DNA of 64,000 nt, from the NCBI GenBank assembly GCA_951406725.2, contig OX597816.1, forward strand, positions 55,366,001 to 55,430,000, read 5' to 3'. Each line of letters begins with the position of its first letter. Within the stretch, counting starts at the first letter, position 1. A program made the translations under genes and the position numbers. The stretch comes from Octopus vulgaris (Eukaryota). The notes under the pieces were generated by a model. It saw nothing but the letters and a program-made list of their open reading frames with translations. It was not told where the DNA came from and ran no database searches. Shown here one piece after another: positions 55,160 through 64,000 of the stretch.

Positions 55160-55389
55160 AACAATTACAGCGTGGAAGGTGTTTGTAAGCCATTTAAGAA
55201 ACACACAAAAGCCGTTCGATTCACTTCAACATTTAAGTTTAATTTGTCGAAATATTTTTGTCAGAGAACAGGTCGCAGTCTTAAAGCGACGAAAATATTT
55301 TAACAAATTAAACTTAAATGATGAAGTGAATCGAACGGTTTTGTGTGTTTCTTAAATGGCTTACAAACACCTTCCACGCTGCAATTGTT
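55160..55389. repeat. ~100-bp-arm fold-back inverted repeat; related single copy at ~57730-57875
   Basis: 55160-55263 is the reverse complement of ~55288-55389 with few mismatches. Confidence 0.85.
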
Positions 55390-56093
55390 TTCGTTTCAGC
55401 ACACGATCGTAGATCAAATCACTTGCTATGCAAGTACATCTCCGTAATTTTAAAATATAATATTTACAAAATTCCCGACAGTAATTGTTATATATTCTAT
55501 GCAGGTTATCTCTCTCCCAGTTGATATGCCACTGCCAGAAGAAAGAGTAATAAGCTACATAATATGAGCAAACCATCATAGGAAAACAGTTTTCCATGAA
55601 CTTTAGCGTCTTTCACAGAATGCCATCCAAAATTTTAGGATTGCTTAAGGCATCCTTAGTCATAGACAGTACAATATAACAACAGAAACAAAGCTGACAG
55701 AATCGAACCTGACTTTGAACCTTGTAGTGTTAGCTCAATATCCCTGTAAGCGTATTTTAAAATTATAATAGATTTCCACTTTCACAAATATATATTACTT
55801 GACATGAAGATGGCACGGTAATATCTGGAAAAGTTTTGAACATTAGTCTGGTTGATCACGGATCAAATGCCGATAAATTATTACAACAGCAATAAATGAC
55901 GAAAAAAATCAGCGGATGACAATGTCTTTTTGAATATAATTACATGTAAGGTTAAGAGGATAAAATCCTCAGGTAAGGTTAAGAAAAGAGGATAAAGATC
56001 AATAATTTTCTTTCTAAATAAATGTAAAAGACAGAGGAAGATAATTCAAAAGAAGAATATTTCTTTATCCCCCTCCTCCTCCTCCTCCTCCTC

Positions 56094-56140
<47 letters not shown>

Positions 56141-57067
56141 TACTACTACTACTACTATTATTACTAACAGAAATACCCAGCATTACTCTGGATTAAAGTG
56201 GTATAGTTTGTATATATATGTTACAGTTATGTTGAAATATGTGAGACGGGAAATTGCAACATTGACGACAAAACATTTGGGGAGTAAATGAAGGTCTAAT
56301 CCAACTGACATGTAATACATCCGCTAGGAAGATTCCATGCCCTAACCTATCATGGAAAATTAGGAGTGGGAGGTATGTAATTTTTGAACCCACCGAAAAG
56401 CTGTTAGTGGATATACTCGCCTTTGAGGAGGTCAGCGCTGAGAGTAACATGAACCATCGTATGGCTGACAGTCAAATAAATGGAGGTGTAATGGAGATAT
56501 TGTACGTAAATAGGTACGATAGAAAATAGCATCGAGGAAGCGAACTGTTGAAATGTTGCAGAAAGCGAAGGGTTGACTCTGGATTTCTGGTGAGGCTGTA
56601 GAATAAGAAACATAAAATGAGCTTATGCAGTCATATGAGAATATGTAGTACTGAATTACTTGAAAAAATAAGACATAATGGCTTACCGCGTGGTATGTAT
56701 ATAGTATGTCAGTGTTTTTTTTTTATATATATAGTGAAAAATTAACGAAATATAAGCAACTGAAAGAAATAGAAATAGAAGCACATGTATAGAACTGCTA
56801 ATTTAACAGTAGATGCCACAATTATTGTTACGGGAAGACAAAGAAATATATACATATAGGATAAATTTCTTAATGTAAAGGTAAATTTGTAATTGTAACT
56901 ACCTTCCAACATTGCAAATACTGCGATAATTATTCACTGGTAATGGAACAGTAAATGTGTATTTTTATATATACCTTCGACCATGCCACCTCATTGGTTT
57001 TTTTCAAGAGTTTCACCTCTACAACTCACATACATATATTCAGTTAGTATGTCAGTCGTCACATATG

Positions 57068-57141
<74 letters not shown>

Positions 57142-57887
57142 TCTGTGTGTCTGTGTGTTTCTCTGTGTGTGTATTATCATAACGCACGTAACGCGGAAAC
57201 ACACACACTCACAAATACATACACACTCATACACACACCGACAGATATATACTCATATGCAATGTGAGGCCATCGCCGTCGTTGTGGTATAAAATGTTCC
57301 TGACATAAACTCATATGCATATACAAAGATAGCCACACAGACCAACCCACACATACATGTGTGTTCAGAAATATAATTAACACGGAAAGACCAACAGACT
57401 GTGAAACATATACATTCTCATGCACACACACATACACTCCCAGACAAATACCGAGTCATATCCGAAATACGACGTCGTCATCGTCACTCTTCAGATATGT
57501 GTAAGTGTACATGTAGATGTGTTTACTAACATACTGTTACATATGTATATGAAGATGTAGATGTGTATGTTTAATAAAGTATCTAACGCGGAAAGACACA
57601 TACGCTATGATACATGTACACAGTCATACACTTACGTACATACACAGCCAGGTACACAGTCATATACAAAATGTGGTATCGTCGTCGTCATGGCATAAAA
57701 TGTCCTGCTGACAATAGAAAGATTACAGTGTAGAAGGAGTTTGTTAGCCATTCAAGAACACACAAAAAGCGTTAGTTTCACTTCAACATATAAATTGCAT
57801 TTATGTCAAAATATTTTCGTCGATTTGAAACCGCAATAAAACTGACAAAACGTCGTGCTGCATCGGAGAAAATAAGAGTCAGTTCAT

Positions 57888-58053
57888 GATAGGCGAAGGA
57901 GTGGCTGTGTGGTAAGTAGCTTGCCAACCAACCACATGGTTCCGGGTTCAGTCCCACTGCGTGGCATCTTGGGCAAGTGTCTTCTGCTATAGCCCCGGGC
58001 CGACCAATGCCTTGTGAGTGGATTTGGTAGACGGAAACTGAAAGAAGCCTGTC

Positions 58054-58088
<35 letters not shown>

Positions 58089-58306
58089 TGTGTGTGTTTG
58101 TGTTTCTGTGTTTGTCCCCCTAGCATTGCTTGACGACCGATGCTGGTGTGTTTACGTCCCCGTCACTTAGCGGTTTGGCAAAAGAGACCGGTAGAATAAG
58201 TACTGGGCTTACAAAGAATAAGTCCCGGGGTCGATTTGCTCGATTAAAGGCGGTGCCCCAGCATTGCCGCAGTCAAATGACTGAAACAAGTAAAAGAGTA
58301 AAGAGA
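57888..58306 (+). mobile_element. tRNA-derived SINE, family C
   Basis: Homologous to the 10518 and 21111 copies. Confidence 0.9.
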
Positions 58307-61300
58307 GAGAGAAATATGTGTGTTTAGGTATGTATGTATGTATGTATGTATGTTTGTATGAATGGGTGTGTACGTTCGTACCAAAAAATTGTTCACATTC
58401 AACGCGTCTCATAGTATTATCAAGTAAAATTTGATTTGATCTTGTTGAGCTGTTTGAGAATGCACTGGGAACAGACAGAGACAAAATATATTAAATACAT
58501 ATATATATAGAGATTATTATTATTATTATTGTTGTTGTTGTTGTTGTTGTGTATATATTGATTTATGCATTCACTTAATGATAGATATAATTTCGGTTTA
58601 TGACTATTTGTTTATTTATTAGTTTGTCACAAATTATTACACACACACACGCACATACATACATACATACATACATACATACATACATACATACGTAAGT
58701 ACGTACGTATATGCCTAAATGCATATATACAATCAAATACATATGCATATGTATATACATACAATGATATGGGTTGCGTTCTTTGATTGTTTTATTATTA
58801 TTTGTAGGCGGGCGGGCGGTGACGTCGAATGATTCAGCACTGATAAAGTGGTTACTATCGAGACTTAAATGGATGACGAATAAAAATAAGGAATAAGAGA
58901 CGAAATGGAAAATAAATCAAGTACATGAACTAAAGGAACACCAATTGGAGAGAGTAAAGAAAAAAATGGGATTGGTGAAAGCAGCGTTTATAGAAGATGT
59001 GTATGCAAAGTAAAGCGATTTATGAATATTTGTAATGGACGAGTTTAAAAGATAAAAACAAAAATTGTTGAAGATGAATTAATATTTAGAATGAAAAACG
59101 AATTGTTGTTTGGTAAGTCGTTTTTAAAGAGAATTTGTAAAACGGTTTACTTAGAAAATGGCAGATAAAGGAGAAAGAATAACGTTGATAAAAGTGGAGA
59201 AAGAAACAGAAAAGAAGATTATACATTTTTGATCAATGATGTATTCATATTTAATGGTTATGCTGATAAATAATTGTAATGTATTGAATCAAGTGTTGTA
59301 AGTGTATTGTTTACATTTGTCAACAATACTTGGTGTTTGACCGTTGAAATACAATGGGAAAAATTACGGCTTTCTTTCTTTTTTTTTTTCTCATCAAATG
59401 AAATATGCAATCAATCAATATTGAACTGCTTTGTCTTTCTTCTTAATTAAAAAGTAAAAATTGGTTCGGAAACATAAATGAAATAAAATCATCTGAGTGT
59501 TGTAAAGTTGCAGAAACTATTTATTGAGTACAGTTTTCTTATTAGAAATTATTGCAGAATGTATGTACAACCCCCCACCACCCCACCCCATACAAACACA
59601 AATGAAGTCATGTATTTACATATACATACATACGCGCAAAAGAACACACATGTGAACACACATGTGAACACACATATTGAATAAATTCATTTTGATATGA
59701 AACTAAGTCTATCAGATGGTGGCTGAGTGCAAATAAAATGACTCCGAGATACGAATATGATAAGTGACTCACTAAAATTAATAAGTCATGATTTATAATT
59801 TTCTAGTTCAGAGTCTGATGTGAGTCGCAGCATACATGGGTTGCTACCATCATTTTTACCTAAATTTTTGAGTATGTGATTTTCCATGTAAATATAATGG
59901 TACCTCTCTTTACTCTCTCTCTTTTATTTTTGCATGGAAAATAACTAGAAAAAATTCTTTTTCTTAGCCGGGTAAATATTTACGAAGCATGTCTTTGATA
60001 GGATAACCGTGACATCAATCATTTCACAAATGCTAAGAAAGAAAGAGAAGGACATTTTTAGATGGAATTCAGTTAAAGAGGGAACACCATTCTCGCCATC
60101 GGTAACCACAGATCATATTCGTCTATGTAAGATTTCAATGTTAATGTCATCAAAGGTTAGAAATTCCATTGTATCTATTTCATGGTAACTTCACGCATCT
60201 ATTCGCCTTTTCATCAGAACATCACTCATATATATTAAAGCCTGAATCCCTAAGAATTCTCAACGTGTACAACTTTCCAACCTTCCTGACAATTTGCTCA
60301 TTTGCCTGAACTGGCTGTCCATCCAAAATTCCATGATATAGATTCTGGTTTTTGTCAAAATCTTTATCCTATAATTTGCCAGCTTCAAAACCAAGGGCAT
60401 GATTTCTGCAAATTCGACGTAAAACTACTCCGTAAAGAGTTTGTAATCACCGTATACAATGCAATTTAAAAGTTTACATATCTATGCCCGTAAAATAATT
60501 CTATAGAGGGTTTTAGCTGTTTCATGACTATCGATAAGGTACTGATATATAGATTTACTGTATTCGACATTATCCGTTTTTACACATTTCTATTAAAATT
60601 GCTAAGATGCGCTACAATTACTAAGAATTGCAATACAATAGTTGAAATCGATAATAATAAAATCCATTCCATTGATGAAGGATGCTCTGCGAATGCCTTG
60701 AGATGTGTCATCCTTCTACACAATACTTAACAAAATGGATAATTATGTTTTTTTTACATATATATATATATATATTCATTAAACACTGTCCTATTATTAA
60801 ATAAAAGCATCCGGTTAAACCAGCTCTACTAGAATTAATTTTACGCTGATTTTCAAAACTGTCAAATGAATGAATGTTTATAGAGAACAAAGATTTACGT
60901 AGTTTCCTTTGTAATTGTAGTTCTTTCTGAAATAAGCGATTCTTGGAACAGCGCAAAGAGTTCCATATGCTTTACTGAAAGGTCGCAGTTAGTATAGAAC
61001 ATCTTTCAAAGCTCTATTTTATATATACAAGTCACTTTTTAAAACTGGGAGACATTATCTATTACCTTTCACTTAATTGCAAGTAGAGAACAATCTTAAC
61101 CATTGAATAAAATCGAAAGACATACAGTAGTCGCGTGCAGTAATACTAACTGGCACCACTTTAACAAATCTTAACATGTTATATTGCATTTTTACCTTCT
61201 TAAAAGAAAAGTTCACATGACTAGATTTTAATCCATAATCCAAGTAACAGGCATACACGCTGTTGTATATATGCACACTGGCATTATCCATGCTGCGGAT

Positions 61301-61319
61301 GGATAACGTCAGTGTTTCT

Positions 61320-62280
61320 CTCAAGCGTTCGCATGTCCTCAGTATTCACAGCCCATGTCTCACTGTCATGTAGCATAGCTCTTTCATAACCTGCCTTTCA
61401 TTCTGAGAGAACGAAGTCCTTTGTTACTAACGGAAGCAGCAGCCCTCTGAACTTCGCCCAGCCCGTTCTTATTCTAGCAGCTATTCTAGAAAAACTTCCA
61501 CAACTGCGAACTTGGTCAATTAAGTAACCTTTCTACTCAAGAACCTGTCTGCCGCTTCTGAGGTTTCACATGAGTATTTGAAAGTTTATTTTCTCTGTTG
61601 ATCTTCCAGTGAAACCTCTGCAATGTTTATGTATTGAAAGCTTATCCTTAGTACACCGTACGGAGTTCCTACCGACACCTTTTCTGCATTTCGAGTATGG
61701 CCATATACCTGAAGGGAGCTGTGATTTGTCTGTTTTCCACCTTATTAGGACTTTGGTCTTTGTTAAATTAAATCTCTGGCCCTTTGATTCCAGATTTTGC
61801 TTCAACGAGAATCCTTCAACAGTTCTTTGGGTTTTTTTTTACCTTGTTTGTCTATAATTTGTTCTGCCCTTTCAAATAATCATTTTCATGAACTTCCCTG
61901 GTTCTGGTAGTGGTTCAGCAATAAGAAAAAGATCATCAGCACAGAGGAATGCCTAAGGGAAGCTTTCTTAAATTCCTCTGTTACAGCTTGGAGAAAGGGG
62001 TTAAAAATCGATCCCAGGTGGACACCTGCTTGTACACTAAATTCCTTGCTATTCTTAATGGCGACATTCACCTTACTAACAGCTTCTCTGTGTCTGTTTT
62101 ATACAATTCTCACCAACCTCTTATATATCCCTAGATTCCGCACTAGATAAGGGAGTGGGGCACCCTCTTAAAATCAATCTCCATGTCAGCAAAACCCAAA
62201 TGCAGAGGTTTATTTCTAGCCAAGTGGTCCCCTGCGTTTACCTCATCAGGAAGATAGCATCCGTATTATTTCTTGCATCC
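61320..62280 (-). mobile_element. Degenerate RTE-clade LINE RT fragment
   Basis: SKEFSVQAGVHLGS, LESKGQRFNLTKTKVL, CRKGVGRNSVRCTK..IHKHC. Confidence 0.75.
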
Positions 62281-62904
62281 AATATTTCCTCTGTTAATGA
62301 AATCTTGGTAATATTCCTTTATCGTGATTGACTACAAAGCCGGGTCTGGAGAAATGATTCACTTCCTAACGAAACAGAAGAATTTCAACGAGAATCCTTC
62401 ATCAGTTCTCTGGGTTTTATTCCTTGTTTGTCTATACTTTTTCTGCCTTTTCAAATATTCAGTTTGATGATTTTATACGTGTAATGTGAGACTGAGAAAA
62501 TAGAGAGAGAATTAGGAATAACATGTATGTACGTATGTATGTATATATGTATGTATGAATGTATGTATGAATGTATGTATGTATGTATGTATGTATGTAT
62601 GTATGTATGTATGTATGTATGTATGTATGTATGCATATGTGCGTCTTTGTATTTCTGTACGGGTGTGTGTGCACGCGGGCGGGCGTGCTTGCGTCTATGT
62701 GTGTGTATCTCACTAGAGGAAGCGAAATACACAAAAAGAGAAATGGAGGAAATGAAACATTAAAAATGCAGAGAGATATCAGTAATAAAGGAAATGTAAT
62801 TGAGATATAATAGAGATTAAGAAGAAAAGGTTACGAGTAAAAATAAAGTTTCTGATGGATTGACAAGCGCCATGAGGTTTAAAGGAAACAAAATTGGATA
62901 AAAC

Positions 62905-62942
<38 letters not shown>

Positions 62943-63131
62943 AGAGTATTGTAGAGGCTACATGCGTAGGAAAGACAAGAATTACAGAGAAATATAAAAA
63001 TATATTATACACAAACATATATATATATGTGTATACGCGAGGCTATATATTGTCATACATGGATATACCTTCATACGTATTTATATATATATATATGTAT
63101 ATGTATATTCATGTATATATATGTGTGTGTG

Positions 63132-63162
<31 letters not shown>

Positions 63163-63549
63163 CCCTTGTATATATGATGTAGTACAGAGCACATATTGTT
63201 ATACACAAGCATATGCATTGCTATGCATATATATATATATATATATATTGCTGTCTGCAAATGTATGCATTGACATACGTAAAGAAATCAGCGTGAATGA
63301 GAGAACATGATCAGTGAGGTTCTAACCGCTTTCGTTCTGTCAGGCGTTTTATAACACTAGGCAATAAAGATTTTGTTACAGAAAACCAAATATGGTATCC
63401 TAGCTAAATTCGAAATGATGATTTCAAACCTAAACTTAAATATTTTCTATCACTTCTAGACTTTGTGTAAAATTCAAATCGCTTCGTAAAATATCCTACA
63501 ACGTCCAGATCTTGGTTTTAATCGGTTTAATGCTAGTAATATAAGACTT

Positions 63550-63852
63550 GGAGGCGCAATGGCCCAGTGGTTAGGGCAGCGGACTCGCGGTCGTAGGATC
63601 GCGGTTTCGATTCTCAGACCGGGCATTGTTAGTGTTTATTGAGCGAAAACACCTAGAAGCTCCACAAGCCCCCGGTAGGGGGTGGTGATCCCTGCTGTAC
63701 TCTTTCACCACTCTTTCTCCCACTCTTTCTTCTGTTGGCCTGCTCACTTAGCCAGCGGGGTTGCATCATTCGAAGGCTAAAACAATGCGATGGCATTGTG
63801 ACCAGCGATGTGTAACTACATCTGATGGACTGGTCAGTCACGTGATCACGTG
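63550..63852 (+). mobile_element. tRNA-derived SINE, family A head with a third tail type
   Basis: Perfect 12-bp TSD aatataagactt (63538-63549, 63853-63864); A/B boxes. Confidence 0.92.
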
Positions 63853-64000
63853 AATATAAGACTTACTTTTCAGGGTTAAAGCAATTTTTGTTTGCCAACT
63901 ATATACAAATTCTAGCGATTTTGACCAATGAAATTTATCCCGAGTCGGCAACACTGAGTCAAGAGCATAGCAACGGTCTAACTGTCAGTCGCTACGTAAC

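Noticed and set aside
60040-60340. Possible ancient mariner transposase N-terminus on the minus strand
   Set aside because: Only faint WVPxxL-like similarity, no TIRs

Overview
AT-rich, microsatellite-dense eukaryotic non-genic DNA. The SINE families and repeat landscape suggest an octopus (coleoid cephalopod); this is recognition by eye, not a search. No intact host gene is visible, and most ORF-track entries are microsatellite translations. The window is a mosaic of mobile elements: R4/Dong-type non-LTR retrotransposons sitting in (TAA)n tracts, CR1- and RTE-type LINE relics, a Penelope-like element (PLE; RT + GIY-YIG), mariner and hAT-like DNA transposons, and about four tRNA-derived SINE families. 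The main hidden signal is RNA-level: about 14 type I hammerhead ribozyme (HHR) motifs from about 7 unrelated non-coding families, several inserted in (TA)n. The best case is 23091-24522, a young non-coding element with two tandem 491-bp units plus a fold-back inverted copy, each with a complete HHR core and an enlarged stem II (candidate retrozyme / circular-RNA retroelement). Also notable are a PLE terminal repeat containing a tRNA-like Pol III head upstream of its HHR, and a 554-bp non-coding element found only in (TAA)n tracts. Ribozyme folds were read by eye and none is experimentally tested.
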